Origin: Rhizomicrobium sp.
GTDB taxonomy: Bacteria; Pseudomonadota; Alphaproteobacteria; Micropepsales; Micropepsaceae
Reading direction: 5' to 3'
Length of the DNA: 64,000 nucleotides
Assembly: GCA_037200385.1 (NCBI GenBank)
Contig: JBBCGL010000001.1
Location: forward strand, 2,369,418-2,433,417
A program made the translations under genes and the position numbers. The notes under the pieces were generated by a model. That model saw nothing but the letters and a program-made list of their open reading frames with translations. It did no database searches and had not been told where the DNA came from. Numbering within the stretch: the stretch's first letter is position 1; the number at the start of each line of letters is the position of its first letter. Shown one piece after another: positions 7,801 to 19,211 of this stretch.

Positions 7801-10800
7801 CCCGGATCGTCGAGTGGTCGGTCAACAACACGCGGCTGGTCATCGCGCTGATCGCGGTGGTGATCATCGCGGGCGTGGTCGCCTTCATCAAGATTCCCAA
7901 GGAAGCGCAGCCGGACATCCCGATCCCGATCCTGGTGGTCCAGGTGACCTATCCGGGCATCAGCCCCGAAGACAGCGAGCGATTGCTGGTCAAGCCGCTC
8001 GAGACCGCGCTGCGCTCGGTCGAGGGGATCAAGACGATGACCGCGCGCGCCTATAGCGGTGTCGCGGTCGTGATCCTCGAATTCGACGTGAACTTCAACA
8101 AGCAGAAGGCGCTGGCCGACGTCCGGGCGCAGGTCGACCAGGCGCGCTCCCTGCTGCCGCAGGAGGCCGACCCGCCGTCGGTGCAGGAGGTCAACACCGC
8201 GCTGCAGCCGGTGATTTCCGTGGCGCTGTCCGGCGAAGTGCCGGACCGCACCCTGCTCAAGCTGGCGCGCGACCTGAAGGACGAGATCCGCCTCATTCCC
8301 AGCGTGCTGGACGTCAACATCAACGGCGAGCGCAAGGAACAGCTCGAGATCGTCATCGATCCGGCGAAGCTCGAAAGCTACGGCATCTCGCAGGCGGAGA
8401 TGTTCGCCGCGGTCTCCAACAACAACCGGCTGATCGCCGCCGGCCTGATCGACACCGGGCATGGCAGCTTCGCGGTCAAGGTGCCCGGCGTGATCGCCAA
8501 CGCTTCGGACCTGCTCAACCTGCCGATCCGCGCCACGGCGAACTCGACCGTCACGCTGGGCAGCGTCGCCGAGGTGCGCCGCACCTTCTACGATCCCACG
8601 ACCTATGCGCGGGTCAACAACCAGCCGACCATCTCGCTCGACATCTCCAAGCGCATCGGCTCGAACATCATCGCCAACAACCTGGCGGTGCGCGACATCG
8701 TCGACCGGGCGGAGAAGACCTGGCCGCCCGGCGTGCACGTCACCTATCTGTACGATTTCTCGACCCAGATCCGCGACATGCTGGGGTCGCTGTCGGACTC
8801 GATCATCCTCGCCATCGTGCTGGTGATGATCATCGTCGTCGCCGCGCTCGGCCTGCGCGCAGGACTGCTCGTGGGCGTCGCGATCCCGACCTCGTTCCTG
8901 ATGGCCTTCATGGTGCTCAACGGCATCGGCATGTCGCTGAACGAGATGATCATGTTCGGCATGCTGCTCGCGGTCGGCATCCTGGTCGACGGCGCGATCA
9001 TCGTGGTCGAATACGCCGACCGGAAGATGACCGAAGGGCACAAGCCGAAACAGGCCTTCGCGGAAGCGGCCCTGCGCATGTTCTGGCCGGTGGTCAGCGC
9101 GACCGCGACCATGATCGGCGCCTTCCTGCCGATGCTGCTGTGGCCGGGCGTCGCCGGCAAGTTCATGAGTTTCTTTCCGATCACGCTGATCATTATCCTG
9201 TCGGCCTCGATGGTCGTGGCGCTGATCTTCCTCCCGGTCCTGGGCGGCATCTTCGGCAAGCGGCCGCCGCATGACGAACAGCACGAACGCGCCGTGGAGG
9301 CGTCGGAGACCGGCGACTGGCGCGAGATCCCCGGCATCACGGGCTGGTACGCGCATCTGTCGGAGTGGCTGACGCAGCGGCCCGGCATGGTCATGCTGGG
9401 TGCCGGCGGCATCGTGTTCGGCGTGATCTTCCTGTTCGTGCTGTTCAATCGCGGCACCGTGTTCTTCGCCGACGCGGACCAGGGCTTCGCCCAGGTGTTC
9501 ATCTCGGCGCGCGGCAATCTCTCGGCCGGCGAGAAGCGCGACATCGTCATGGGCGTCGCGCGCATCGCGCAGACGGTGCCGGGCCTGCGGGCGATCTACG
9601 CCTCGTCTGGCGGACAGAACAGCAGCGTCATGAACAACAATGGCGGCGTGCCGGTCGACAATATCGGCCAGCTCGGGCTCGAGATGAAGGACTATCGCGA
9701 GCGCCGTCCGGGCAAGCTGATCGAGGAGGAGATCCGCCAGAAGACCGCGAACATCCCCGGCGTGCACATCGAGGTGCGTGAGCCCGATCCCGGCCCGCCG
9801 ACCGGCAAGGACGTGATGATCGACGTGAGCTCGGACGACTATCCCGCGATGGCCGGCGTCACCGCGGCGATCCGGGCGCATATGGACAAGATGAAGGAGC
9901 TGCGCGACGTCGAGGATACCCGGCCGCTGCCCGGCATCGAATGGGACCTCGACATCAAGCGCGACATCGCCAGCCGCTTCGGCGCCAATGCGCAGTCGAT
10001 CGGCACGGCGGTGCAGCTCGTCACCAACGGCATCCTGGTCGGCAAGTACCGTCCCGACGACAGCCAGGACGAGGTCGACATCCGCGTCCGCTACCCGAGC
10101 GCACAGCGCGGCATCCATGCGCTGGACGATCTGCGCATCTCGACCGCCGACGGCAGCATGGTGCCGATCAGCAATTTCGTCACGCTCAAGCCGGCCCAGC
10201 AGGTGAACTCGATCGAGCGCGTCGACGGCCATCGCGTCTACCACGTGCGCGCCAACGTCAAGCCGGGACTCAACGCCAATGCCGAGATCGCGCTCATCAA
10301 GTCTTGGCTCGCGACGCAGTCCTTTCCGCACGACGTGCGCGTCGCGTTCAAGGGCGGCAGCGAGCAGCAGGAAGAGTCGGGCGCGTTCCTGGTGGTCGCG
10401 GCGTTCCTCGCGCTGTTCCTGATCGCGATCGTGCTGCTGGCGCTGTTCAACAGCTTCTATCACGCCGGACTGATCCTCGGCGCGGTGGTGCTCGCGATGA
10501 TCGGCGCCCTGCTCGGCATGGTCGCGATGGGCCAGCCCTTTTCCGTCATCATGACGGGCACCGGCATGCTGGCGCTGGCCGGCATCGTGGTGAACCACAA
10601 CATCGTGCTGATCGACACCTTCCACCGCTTGCGCGATTCCGGGATGGACCCTATCGAGGCGGTGATCCGCTCGAGCGCCCAGCGCCTCAGGCCCGTGTTC
10701 CTGACCACGATCACCGCGATCGGCGGCCTGCTGCCCATGATGTTCGCGGTCGAGATCAACTTCGCGACGCGGGAAGTGACGATCGGCGGGCCGAACGGGC

Positions 10801-11009
10801 TGATGTGGGTGTCGCTTTCGACCGCGATCGTGTTCGGCCTGGCGTTCTCCAAGATGATCACGCTGGGCCTGATCCCCGCGATGCTCGCCCTGCCCTACCG
10901 CATGCGCGAGCGCGGCGGCTTCCTGGCGGCGCTTGGCAGCGGCCTGGCGGCGCCGATCCGGGCCGTGCGCGGACGGCGCGCCGCGCCGGAGCCGCAGCCG
11001 GCGGAGTGA
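7797..11009 (+). CDS. RND efflux permease (AcrB/AcrD/AcrF family)
   Basis: 1070 aa with two TM bundles; GILVDGAIIVVE, HNIVLID and RLRPVFLTTITAIGGLLP motifs. Confidence 0.95.
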   Translation: MTRIVEWSVNNTRLVIALIAVVIIAGVVAFIKIPKEAQPDIPIPILVVQVTYPGISPEDSERLLVKPLETALRSVEGIKTMTARAYSGVAVVILEFDVNFNKQKALADVRAQVDQARSLLPQEADPPSVQEVNTALQPVISVALSGEVPDRTLLKLARDLKDEIRLIPSVLDVNINGERKEQLEIVIDPAKLESYGISQAEMFAAVSNNNRLIAAGLIDTGHGSFAVKVPGVIANASDLLNLPIRATANSTVTLGSVAEVRRTFYDPTTYARVNNQPTISLDISKRIGSNIIANNLAVRDIVDRAEKTWPPGVHVTYLYDFSTQIRDMLGSLSDSIILAIVLVMIIVVAALGLRAGLLVGVAIPTSFLMAFMVLNGIGMSLNEMIMFGMLLAVGILVDGAIIVVEYADRKMTEGHKPKQAFAEAALRMFWPVVSATATMIGAFLPMLLWPGVAGKFMSFFPITLIIILSASMVVALIFLPVLGGIFGKRPPHDEQHERAVEASETGDWREIPGITGWYAHLSEWLTQRPGMVMLGAGGIVFGVIFLFVLFNRGTVFFADADQGFAQVFISARGNLSAGEKRDIVMGVARIAQTVPGLRAIYASSGGQNSSVMNNNGGVPVDNIGQLGLEMKDYRERRPGKLIEEEIRQKTANIPGVHIEVREPDPGPPTGKDVMIDVSSDDYPAMAGVTAAIRAHMDKMKELRDVEDTRPLPGIEWDLDIKRDIASRFGANAQSIGTAVQLVTNGILVGKYRPDDSQDEVDIRVRYPSAQRGIHALDDLRISTADGSMVPISNFVTLKPAQQVNSIERVDGHRVYHVRANVKPGLNANAEIALIKSWLATQSFPHDVRVAFKGGSEQQEESGAFLVVAAFLALFLIAIVLLALFNSFYHAGLILGAVVLAMIGALLGMVAMGQPFSVIMTGTGMLALAGIVVNHNIVLIDTFHRLRDSGMDPIEAVIRSSAQRLRPVFLTTITAIGGLLPMMFAVEINFATREVTIGGPNGLMWVSLSTAIVFGLAFSKMITLGLIPAMLALPYRMRERGGFLAALGSGLAAPIRAVRGRRAAPEPQPAE

Positions 11010-12872
11010 TCAGCCGGCGACGGGCAGCGAGCGCACGACGTCCGGATCGTTCTCGACGGCCTTGAGCACTTCCAGCGCCTCGGCGGCCTGCTTCTGCTTG
11101 TTCCACATCGCGGCGTAATGGCCGCCGCGCCCGATGAGCTCGGCATGGCGGCCGCGCTCGACGATCTCGCCGTGGTCGAGCACCAGGATCTCGTCGGCAT
11201 CGATCACGGTCGAGAGGCGATGCGCGATCACCAGCGAGGTTCGGCCCTGGCTGACTTCGGCCAGCGCGCCCTGGATTTCGCGCTCCGTATGCGTGTCGAG
11301 CGCCGAGGTCGCCTCGTCGAGCAGCAGGATCGGCGGGTTCTTGAGGATGGTGCGCGCGATGGCGACGCGCTGCTTCTCGCCGCCCGAGAGTTTGAGGCCG
11401 CGCTCGCCGACCATCGCATCGTAGCCGAGCGGCAGCTCGCGGATGAACTTGTCGATCTGGGCATGGCGCGCGGCGTCCTTGATCTGCGCCTCCGTCGCGC
11501 CGATCCGGCCATAGGCGATGTTGTACTTCACCGTGTCGTTGAACAGCACCGTATCTTGCGGGACGATGCCGATGATCTTGCGCAGCGACGCCTGGTTCAC
11601 GTCGCGGATGTCCTGGCCGTCGATGGTCACGCTGCCGGACGTGATGTCATAGAAGCGGTAGAGGATGCGCGAGATGGTCGACTTGCCGGCGCCGGACGGA
11701 CCGACCACCGCGACCGTCTTGCCGGCGGGGACGGTGAAGCTGATGCCCTTCAGCACGGTGCGTGCGGGCTCATAGCCGAAAACGACGTTGTCGAACCGGA
11801 TGGCGCCGCCGGTCACGGCGAGGTCCGGCGCGCCGGGCTTGTCGGTGACCTCGACGGGCTGGTGCAGCAGGCGGAACATCGCCTCCATGTCGACCAGCGC
11901 CTGGGTGATCTCGCGATAGACCGTGCCCAAGAGGTTCAGCGGCTGGTAGAGCTGGATCAGGATCGCGTTGGCGGCGACCAGCGTGCCGACGCTGATCCGC
12001 CCGGCCTGGACGTCATAGGCGGCAAGCACCATCACGGCGCCGAGGCCCAGCGCCATGATGATCGCCTGGCCGGTGTTGAGCACGGAGAGCGAGATCTGCG
12101 CCTGGATCGAGGCGCGCGAATATTTCTCCATCGAGACGCCGAAGCGGCGGGTCTCGTGACCTTCGTTGTTGAAATACTTCACCGTCTCGTAGTTGAGCAG
12201 GCTGTCGACCGCCTTGGTGTTGGCGTCGGTGTCGCTCTGGTTCATGTCGCGGCGGAACTGGATGCGCCAGCGGGTGATCGCGAAGGTGAACCAGACATAG
12301 GCGACGACCATGACCAGCGTCGTCAGCGCGACCCACATCCCGTTCCTCCGGAACAGGATGACGCTGTAGAACACGAGCAGCAGGATGGTGGGGAAGATGC
12401 TGAACAGCGCGAAGGAGAGCATCGTGTCGATGCCCTTGGTGCCGCGCTCGATCACCCGGCTGAGGCCGCCGGTCTTGCGCTCCAGGTGGAAGCGCAGCGA
12501 GAGCGTGTGGACATGCGCGAAGGTCGAGACCGCGACCTCGCGCATTGCATGATACTGGACCTTGGCGAAGATTCCGTCGCGCAGCTGTGCCAGCGCCTGC
12601 ATCAGGATGCGGCTGACGGTGTAGGCCGCGATCAACGCGACGACCGAGCCGATGGCGATTGCGGCTGGCGATCCGCCGAGCCGGTCGATGGCATAGCCGT
12701 AGAACAGCGGCGAATAGCTGGTGGCCGCCGTCGCTGCGAGCAGGAACAGGACGGAGACGACGACGCGCAGGCGCAGTTCCGGCTGGCCCTTGGGCCACAG
12801 ATAGGGCAGCAGCATCCAGAGCGGGCGGAAGGACGGCGCGCCGTCACCCTCTTCGACGATGGGACGCGCCAT
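11010..12872 (-). CDS. ABCB-type exporter, Atm1/HMT1-like (TMD-NBD fusion)
   Basis: LRFHLERKTGGLSRVIERG, DSLLNYETVKYF, GPSGAGKST, LSGGEKQR, LLLDEATSALD. Confidence 0.93.
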   Translation of the reverse strand: MARPIVEEGDGAPSFRPLWMLLPYLWPKGQPELRLRVVVSVLFLLAATAATSYSPLFYGYAIDRLGGSPAAIAIGSVVALIAAYTVSRILMQALAQLRDGIFAKVQYHAMREVAVSTFAHVHTLSLRFHLERKTGGLSRVIERGTKGIDTMLSFALFSIFPTILLLVFYSVILFRRNGMWVALTTLVMVVAYVWFTFAITRWRIQFRRDMNQSDTDANTKAVDSLLNYETVKYFNNEGHETRRFGVSMEKYSRASIQAQISLSVLNTGQAIIMALGLGAVMVLAAYDVQAGRISVGTLVAANAILIQLYQPLNLLGTVYREITQALVDMEAMFRLLHQPVEVTDKPGAPDLAVTGGAIRFDNVVFGYEPARTVLKGISFTVPAGKTVAVVGPSGAGKSTISRILYRFYDITSGSVTIDGQDIRDVNQASLRKIIGIVPQDTVLFNDTVKYNIAYGRIGATEAQIKDAARHAQIDKFIRELPLGYDAMVGERGLKLSGGEKQRVAIARTILKNPPILLLDEATSALDTHTEREIQGALAEVSQGRTSLVIAHRLSTVIDADEILVLDHGEIVERGRHAELIGRGGHYAAMWNKQKQAAEALEVLKAVENDPDVVRSLPVAG

Positions 12873-12964
12873 CAGTGGCCCATGTTCCCGCCGCCGAAGG
12901 CGAGGAACCCGGCGACGATGGCGATCACGGCGATGATTCCGAGGATGATGAGGGAGCGGCGCAC
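12872..12964 (-). CDS. Small (30 aa) single-TM membrane protein
   Basis: GTG at 12964 behind GAAAGG: MRRSLIILGIIAVIAIVAGFLAFGGGNMGH*; the stop overlaps the ABC exporter start. Confidence 0.55.
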   Translation of the reverse strand: MRRSLIILGIIAVIAIVAGFLAFGGGNMGH

Positions 12965-13028
12965 GACTAACCTTTCTGTTCGAATCTGTTTAGGAACTGC
13001 GGGCCGGGCGTGCAACCCTTGGGATGAC

Positions 13029-13595
13029 ATGGACAAGAAAACTGCTGCCATTTGCGTGTTCTGCGGCTCGTCGCACGGCGCCAAGCCGGCTTATGCCGCA
13101 GCGGCGACAAGGCTTGGAACGCTGATCGGGGAACGGGGTTTCGCCATGGTGTTCGGCGGCGGCGACGTCGGGTTGATGGGAGATTGCTCGCGGGCCGCGC
13201 GCGCGGCCGGGGCGCGGGTCTTCGGGGTCATTCCGGGTTTCCTGCGGCGGCGCGAAACGCCGCTGGACGGCGTGGACGAGGTCATCGTGCCAGACATGCA
13301 GATCCGCAAGCAGCGGATGATCGCCGAATCCGACGCCTTCGTGATCCTGCCGGGCGGGCTGGGAACCCTCGACGAGCTCTTCGAGGTGCTGTCGATCGCG
13401 CAGCTCAAGGAGCATGACAAGCCCATCGTGATCGTCGACACGGACGATTTCTATGCGCCCCTCTGGCCGTTGCTGGCGCGGGTGGTGCGCGAGGGCTTTG
13501 CCCTTCGGACCATCGACACGCTCTATCATGTCGTGAAGACGCCCGAACAGGCCGCCGAAAAATTGACCGCCCTACTCGGCGACCCGGCGCGTTAG
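13029..13595 (+). CDS. LOG family protein (TIGR00730-type phosphoribohydrolase)
   Basis: ICVFCGSS, VFGGGDVGLMG, RKQRM, LPGGLGTLDELFE. It is the tail of ORF 11118..13595. Confidence 0.92.
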   Translation: MDKKTAAICVFCGSSHGAKPAYAAAATRLGTLIGERGFAMVFGGGDVGLMGDCSRAARAAGARVFGVIPGFLRRRETPLDGVDEVIVPDMQIRKQRMIAESDAFVILPGGLGTLDELFEVLSIAQLKEHDKPIVIVDTDDFYAPLWPLLARVVREGFALRTIDTLYHVVKTPEQAAEKLTALLGDPAR

Positions 13596-14480
13596 AAGCG
13601 GGACACGCCCGTCGAGGCTGACCAGGACCAGCGCGCTCCAGATGCAGGCGAAGACGATCGCGTCGAGACGCGTGAAGGGCTCCGCCAGGATCAGCGTCGC
13701 GACGATCAGGGTGATCGAGGGCGAGAGATATTGCAGGAAGCCCAGCGTGGTCATGCGGATGCGGCGCGCGCCGGCGGCGAACATCACCAGCGGCAGCGCG
13801 GTGAGCGGACCGGTGAAGATCAACAGCGCGTCGCGGCTCGGCGCGGCCGCCGGGAAGGCGCCGGTGCCGTCCACCGCCCAGAGCACGATGAACGCGAGCG
13901 TCACCGGCAGCAGCAGCAGCGTCTCAATCGTGAGACCGTCGAGCGCGTCGACCGGCGTCAGCTTGCGCACATAGCCGTAGAATCCGAAGGTGAGCGCCAG
14001 GGCAGGCGCGACCCAGGGGACATGGCCGAGCGCGAAGGCTTCGATCGCAACGGCGATGGTGGCGAGCGCGATCGCCACGACGCGCAGCCGCGAAATCTTT
14101 TCGCCCAGAAGCGCCACGCCGAGCGCGATGGAGACCAGCGGCGTGAGGTAATAGCCCAGCGCCGCCTCGACCAGCTGGTGCGTCGTCACGCAATACATGT
14201 AGAGCGTCCAGTTCGCCGTGATCAGCACACTGCTGGCGGCCAGCGCGCCCAGCAGGCGCGGGGTGCGGAAGACGAGCACGAGATGAGAGACGCGACGCCG
14301 GCCCACCGTGACGGCGAGCCCGAACAGGGCGCACCACAGGATGCGGTGCAGCGTGATCTCGCCGGGCGAAATGCCGCCCAGCAGGCGCCAATACAGCGGC
14401 ACCAGGCCCCATATGGCATAAGCGGCGCCGGCATAGAGGATGCCGCGGGTTTCGTCCTGGTGGGGAGCGGGCGCGGTCAC
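13572..14480 (-). CDS. rarD: RarD family EamA transporter
   Basis: RGILYAGAAYAIWGLVPLYW, EAALGYYLTPL, LGFLQYLSPS. Start at GTG 14480; the longer ORF start runs through a palindromic repeat. Confidence 0.88.
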   Translation of the reverse strand: MTAPAPHQDETRGILYAGAAYAIWGLVPLYWRLLGGISPGEITLHRILWCALFGLAVTVGRRRVSHLVLVFRTPRLLGALAASSVLITANWTLYMYCVTTHQLVEAALGYYLTPLVSIALGVALLGEKISRLRVVAIALATIAVAIEAFALGHVPWVAPALALTFGFYGYVRKLTPVDALDGLTIETLLLLPVTLAFIVLWAVDGTGAFPAAAPSRDALLIFTGPLTALPLVMFAAGARRIRMTTLGFLQYLSPSITLIVATLILAEPFTRLDAIVFACIWSALVLVSLDGRVPLLTRRVAE

Positions 14481-14484
14481 GCTA

Positions 14485-14622
14485 TCTTTCCTCCCCCGCT
14501 GTTGCGGGGGAGGTGGCGCGCCGCGCAGCGGCGTGACGGAGGGGGCGAGCTCCGGCGTCGCCCCCCTCCACCATCGCTTCGCGATGGTCCCCCTCCCCCG
14601 TAACAATGGGGGGAGGAAAAGA
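14485..14622. repeat. Intergenic palindromic element (CCTCCCCC...GGGGGAGG family)
   Basis: Terminal arms tctttcctcccccg...gggggaggaaaaga, with internal hairpins. Confidence 0.8.
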
Positions 14623-14643
14623 GCGGCGCTATCGCACGACGCC

Positions 14644-16242
14644 TCACGCGCGGGCGCCGTCGCGGTAGAGTTTGTAGCAGATCGAATCCGACAGGGCTTC
14701 GAAGGACGCGTCGACGATGTTGGGCGAGACGCCGACCGTCGACCAGCGGTTGCCCTTGCCGTCGGCGCTTTCGACCATCACGCGGGTCACGGCCTCGGTG
14801 CCGCTCGTGAGGATACGCACCTTGTAATCCACCAACCGCAGGTCTGAGAGCCAGGACGAGTACTTGCCCAGGTCCTTGCGCAGCGCGACGTCCAGCGCGT
14901 CGATCGGGCCGACACCTTCGCCGGCGGTGTGCAGCACTTCGCCGTCCACGGTCAGCCGCACAGTGGCCTCCGAAACGGTGACGAGGTCGCCCAACGCGTT
15001 ATGGCGGCGCTCGACGATGACGCGGAAGCTCTGGACGCTGAAGTAGTCTGGCACCTGCCCGAGGACACGGCGGGCGAGCAGCTCGAACGACGCTTCGGCG
15101 CCGTCATAGGCGTAGCCGAGGAATTCGCGTTGCTTGAGGTCTTCGAGCAGGCGGGCGATGCGCGGGTCCTTGGCGTCGAGATCGATGCCGCTTTCGGAGA
15201 GGCGCGCGAGCAGGTTGGAGCGGCCGGCCTGGTCGGAGACCAGGATCTTGCGCACATTGCCGACCGTCTCCGGCGGGACGTGCTCGTAGGTGCGCGGGTC
15301 CTTCGCGACGGCGGAGGAATGCAGGCCGCCCTTATGCGCGAAAGCCGACGGCCCGACATAGGCGGCATGGCGGTTGGGGGCGCGGTTGAGGATCTCGTCC
15401 AGCAGACGCGAGATACGGGTAAGGCCGGCGAGCTTTTCGCGACTCACGCCCGTCTCAAATTGATCTGTATACGGTTCTTTCAGCAGAAGCGTCGGCAGCA
15501 GGGCGCAGAGATTGGCGTTGCCGCAACGCTCGCCCAAGCCGTTGAGCGTGCCCTGGATCTGGCGCGCACCGCCCCGCAGCGCCGCAAGACTGACCGCGAC
15601 CGCCTGTTCGGTGTCGTTGTGGGCGTGGATGCCGAGGGCGGCATCCGGCAGCTTCGCCTTCACGTCGGAAACGATACGGTAGATGTCCTCCGGCAGCGTG
15701 CCGCCATTGGTGTCGCACAGCACCAGCCAGCGTGCGCCGGCGTCATGCGCCGCCGTGATGCACTGCAGCGCATAATCCGGATTGGCCTTGTAGCCGTCAA
15801 AGAAATGCTCGGCATCGAACAGCGCTTCGCGTTTCTTCGCGACCGCGGCGGCGATCGACTCCGCGATGCCGTCGACATTCTCGCTACGCGGAATCTCGAG
15901 CGCGACATCGACTTGGAAGTCCCAGGTCTTGCCGACCAGGCAGGCCGCGTCGGCCTCGGCACCCAGGACCTGCGCCAGGCTGGGATCGTTCGCGGCACTG
16001 CGCCCAGCCCGCTTGGTCATGCCGAAGGCGGTGAAACGTGCGGTCTTGAGCGGCGGCCGCTCGGCGAAGAAGGCCGTATCGGTCGGGTTCGCCCCCGGCC
16101 AGCCGCCCTCGATATAGTCGAGGCCCAGGCCGTCGAGCGCGAGCGCGATCTGGCGCTTGTCCTCGACCGAGAAGTCCACCCCCTGGGTCTGCGCCCCGTC
16201 GCGCAGGGTCGTGTCGAACAGATAGAGGCGCTCGCGGCTCAT
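14644..16242 (-). CDS. cimA: Citramalate synthase (LeuA/CimA family)
   Basis: [51 protein letters not shown]; ATGA overlap with cysS. Confidence 0.9.
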   Translation of the reverse strand: MSRERLYLFDTTLRDGAQTQGVDFSVEDKRQIALALDGLGLDYIEGGWPGANPTDTAFFAERPPLKTARFTAFGMTKRAGRSAANDPSLAQVLGAEADAACLVGKTWDFQVDVALEIPRSENVDGIAESIAAAVAKKREALFDAEHFFDGYKANPDYALQCITAAHDAGARWLVLCDTNGGTLPEDIYRIVSDVKAKLPDAALGIHAHNDTEQAVAVSLAALRGGARQIQGTLNGLGERCGNANLCALLPTLLLKEPYTDQFETGVSREKLAGLTRISRLLDEILNRAPNRHAAYVGPSAFAHKGGLHSSAVAKDPRTYEHVPPETVGNVRKILVSDQAGRSNLLARLSESGIDLDAKDPRIARLLEDLKQREFLGYAYDGAEASFELLARRVLGQVPDYFSVQSFRVIVERRHNALGDLVTVSEATVRLTVDGEVLHTAGEGVGPIDALDVALRKDLGKYSSWLSDLRLVDYKVRILTSGTEAVTRVMVESADGKGNRWSTVGVSPNIVDASFEALSDSICYKLYRDGARA

Positions 16243-17573
16243 CGCTTGACCTCCCAGGTCGTGCCCGTGGGGCCGTCCTTCAGCGCGATACCTTTGGCCA
16301 GCAGTTCGTCGCGGATGCGGTCCGATTCCTTGAAGTCCTTGCGGGCGCGGGCGGCCTTGCGGGCTTCGATGGCGTCGGCGATGGCGACCTCGTCGACTTG
16401 CTTCTTGGCGGCGAGGTTGAGCTGGACGTTGGAGAAGCCGAGCAGGCCCAAACCGCCGGCCAGCTCGTGCTCGGTGCCCTGATGCAGCGCCGCGATGGCC
16501 GCGGGGGTGTTGAGGTCGTCGCTCAGGGCTTCGAGGAAAGCGGCGCCGATGGGCGGATCGGCCAGCGGCTCGGTCACGGCGTACCATTTCTCGAGCGTCT
16601 TCCAGCTCTCGGTCATGCCGGCGACGGTCCAATCCATCGGCTGGCGATAATGCGTGCGCAGCATGTTGAAGCGCAGGACCTCGCCGGGCCAATCCTTCAA
16701 GAGCTCGTTGATGGTGACGAAGTTGCCGAGGCTCTTCGACATCTTCTCGCCCTCGACGTTGAGGAAACCGTTGTGCATCCAGACGCGCGCCAGCGGATGA
16801 CCCTGATGGGCGCTCTCGCTCTGGGCGATCTCGTTCTCATGATGCGGGAAGACGAGGTCGATGCCGCCGCCATGGATGTCGATGGTGTCTCCCATCGTCG
16901 CTTCGATCATTGCGGAGCATTCCAGGTGCCAGCCGGGGCGGCCGTAGCCCCACGGCGAGTCCCAGCCCGGCTGCTCGGCCTCGGACGGCTTCCACAGCAC
17001 GAAATCCATGTCGCCCTTCTTGTAGGGCGCGACGTCGATGCGGGCGCCGGCCAGCATGTCATCGAGGCTGCGGCGTGCGAGCTTGCCGTAGTCGGCCTTC
17101 GAGGTGACATCGAACAGGACATGGCCCTGGCTGGCATAGGCGTGGCCGCCCGCGATCAGCGTCTCGATCATCGCGATCATCCCAGGCACGTGTTCGGTGG
17201 CGCGCGGCATGAACGTGGGCGGGAGGCAGTTCAGCGCGCTCACGTCCTCGCGGTAGACGCCGTAGGTCGCCTCGGTGATCTCGCGCAGCACGTCGAGGAT
17301 CGGCGTGTTGCGGCCGACGGCGCGCTCGGCGGCGCGGGCGTTTATCTTGTCGTCGATGTCGGTGATGTTGCGGACATAGGTGACGTGACCCGGGCCATAG
17401 GTGTGGCGCAGCAGGCGGAACAGGACGTCGAACACGATGGCGGGGCGCGCATTGCCGATATGGGCGTAGTCGTAGACCGTCGGGCCGCAGACATACATGC
17501 GCACATTGGCGGGATCGATGGGCGTGAAGACGTCCTTCGAGCGGGTGAGCGTGTTGTGCAGGCGAATGGTCAT
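16239..17573 (-). CDS. cysS: Cysteinyl-tRNA synthetase
   Basis: [51 protein letters not shown]. Confidence 0.97.
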   Translation of the reverse strand: MTIRLHNTLTRSKDVFTPIDPANVRMYVCGPTVYDYAHIGNARPAIVFDVLFRLLRHTYGPGHVTYVRNITDIDDKINARAAERAVGRNTPILDVLREITEATYGVYREDVSALNCLPPTFMPRATEHVPGMIAMIETLIAGGHAYASQGHVLFDVTSKADYGKLARRSLDDMLAGARIDVAPYKKGDMDFVLWKPSEAEQPGWDSPWGYGRPGWHLECSAMIEATMGDTIDIHGGGIDLVFPHHENEIAQSESAHQGHPLARVWMHNGFLNVEGEKMSKSLGNFVTINELLKDWPGEVLRFNMLRTHYRQPMDWTVAGMTESWKTLEKWYAVTEPLADPPIGAAFLEALSDDLNTPAAIAALHQGTEHELAGGLGLLGFSNVQLNLAAKKQVDEVAIADAIEARKAARARKDFKESDRIRDELLAKGIALKDGPTGTTWEVKR

Positions 17574-17634
17574 GGTGCGTCTTCTTACAATGATTTGATG
17601 CTTAGATGGTTACCCTGCCCGCCCCACCCACCAG

Positions 17635-17763
17635 TGTCATGGCCCGCGAATGCGGGCCACCCAGCTGGGGCGCCTCAAATGTCGATCCAGGAATTGCAGT
17701 CCCCGCGCCCTTCGAGGCCGGCGAAGATGTCACCTGGGTGGCCCACATTCGCGGGCCATGACA
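17635..17763. repeat. Palindromic REP/MITE-like element, TGTCAT...ATGACA family
   Basis: tgtcatggcccgcgaatgcgggccacccag...cacctgggtggcccacattcgcgggccatgaca; arms nearly identical to the copy at 62108-62233. Confidence 0.85.
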
Positions 17764-17847
17764 GTTGAGGTTTAGCGGTGAGGGTCGAGCAAAGGGAGGT
17801 GTCGCGGCGTCAGCCGCAAATAAGCGCGCAAATGTGGAGCGAAGTGC

Positions 17848-19188
17848 TCACGCCGTGTTCCCTTTGAGGCGCGCGAGCGCTCGCTCGCGGCCGATCAGGG
17901 GTAGCAGTTTTTTGAGCTCGGGTCCATCGCCGCGGCCGGTCAAAGCCAGACGGAGCGGGTGGAACAGGGCGCGGCCCTTGAGGCCGGTGGCCTCGGCTGC
18001 CGCTTTGGTGAGCAGGCTCCAGGTCGTCTCGTCCCAAGGCTCGGGCGGGAGGAGCGCGGCGGCCTTGGTCGTCAGTTCGGCATTTTCGAGGACTGGCGTC
18101 ACAGGCGCGTGGACGATGGCCCACCAGATCGCGGCGTCGGCGAGCTTGAGCAGGTTGGGCTTCACCGCCTCCCAGAAGGGTGGGCCGCCGGTTATGCCGG
18201 CCGCGTTCAAGCGCGCCGCGACCGCGTCGTGGGGCAAAAGATGCAACAGCTTGCCGTTGAGCACCGCGAGCTCGGCAGTGTCGAAATGGGCGGGGGCGCG
18301 GGCGATCTTCTCGAACGCGAATTCCTGGGCGAGCTGGTCGAGGGTCTGGCGCGGCTCGATAGGGTCCGATGTGCCGAGCTTGGCGAGGTAAGAAGCCAGG
18401 GCCAGCGGCTCGATGCCTTCGTCGCGCAGGCCGCGCAGGGAGAGGGAATTGTCGCGCTTGGAGAGCTTGCCGCCTTCGGCGGAGAGGTAGAGCGGGTAAT
18501 GCGCGAAGACGGGCACCGGCGCGCCGAGGGCTTCGAAGATCTCGATCTGCGGCGCGGAGTTGGTGACGTGGTCTTCGCCGCGGATGATGTGGGTGATGCA
18601 GAAGTCGATGTCGTCGACGACGGAAGGCAGCGTGTAGAGGAAGCGGCCGTCCTCGCGGATCAGGACGGGGTCGGAGAGGGTGGAGGTGTCGATCTCGACC
18701 GGGCCGCGGATCGCATCGGTCCAGCGGACCTTGGCGTGGCTGAGCTTGAAGCGCCAATGGGGCTTGCGGCCTTCGGCTTCGAGACGGGCGCGGTCGTCGG
18801 CGGTGAGTGCGAGGGCGGCGCGGTCGTAGACCGGCGGCTTGTGCGCGGCCATCTGGCGCTTGCGGCGGCGCTCGAGCTCGTCCGCGGTCTCATAGGCGGG
18901 GTAGAGGCGGCCGGCGGCTTTGAGTTTCGCGGCGGCTTCCTCGTAGATCGTCACGCGGTCGGACTGGCGCGCGAAGATGTCGTGATGCAGGCCGAGCCAG
19001 GCGTAGTCTTCGAGGATTGCGGCTTCGAATTCCTTGGTGGAGCGCGTGTCGTCGGTGTCGTCGATCCGCAGCATGAAGCGGCCGCCGGTCTTCTTCGCGA
19101 AGAGCGCGTTTAGCACCGCGGCACGGCCGTTGCCGACCTGGAGATGGCCGGTGGGGGATGGGGCGATGCGAACGATGGGGGCAGTCAT
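17848..19188 (-). CDS. gltX: Glutamyl-tRNA synthetase
   Basis: [28 protein letters not shown]. The HIGH motif reads QVGN. Confidence 0.9.
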   Translation of the reverse strand: MTAPIVRIAPSPTGHLQVGNGRAAVLNALFAKKTGGRFMLRIDDTDDTRSTKEFEAAILEDYAWLGLHHDIFARQSDRVTIYEEAAAKLKAAGRLYPAYETADELERRRKRQMAAHKPPVYDRAALALTADDRARLEAEGRKPHWRFKLSHAKVRWTDAIRGPVEIDTSTLSDPVLIREDGRFLYTLPSVVDDIDFCITHIIRGEDHVTNSAPQIEIFEALGAPVPVFAHYPLYLSAEGGKLSKRDNSLSLRGLRDEGIEPLALASYLAKLGTSDPIEPRQTLDQLAQEFAFEKIARAPAHFDTAELAVLNGKLLHLLPHDAVAARLNAAGITGGPPFWEAVKPNLLKLADAAIWWAIVHAPVTPVLENAELTTKAAALLPPEPWDETTWSLLTKAAAEATGLKGRALFHPLRLALTGRGDGPELKKLLPLIGRERALARLKGNTA

Positions 19189-19211
19189 CGCGTCCCTCGC
19201 CACATGCACAA

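Noticed and set aside
11118-13028. N-terminal part of the 825-aa ORF 11118..13595
   Set aside because: Antisense to the ABC exporter; only the part from 13029 (LOG protein) is real.
17574-17847. ORFs crossing the palindromic elements (e.g. 16398-17768, 17765-18391) and extended starts of rarD, gltX and glmS
   Set aside because: They read through intergenic repeats or antisense strands; better starts exist at family-typical N-termini.
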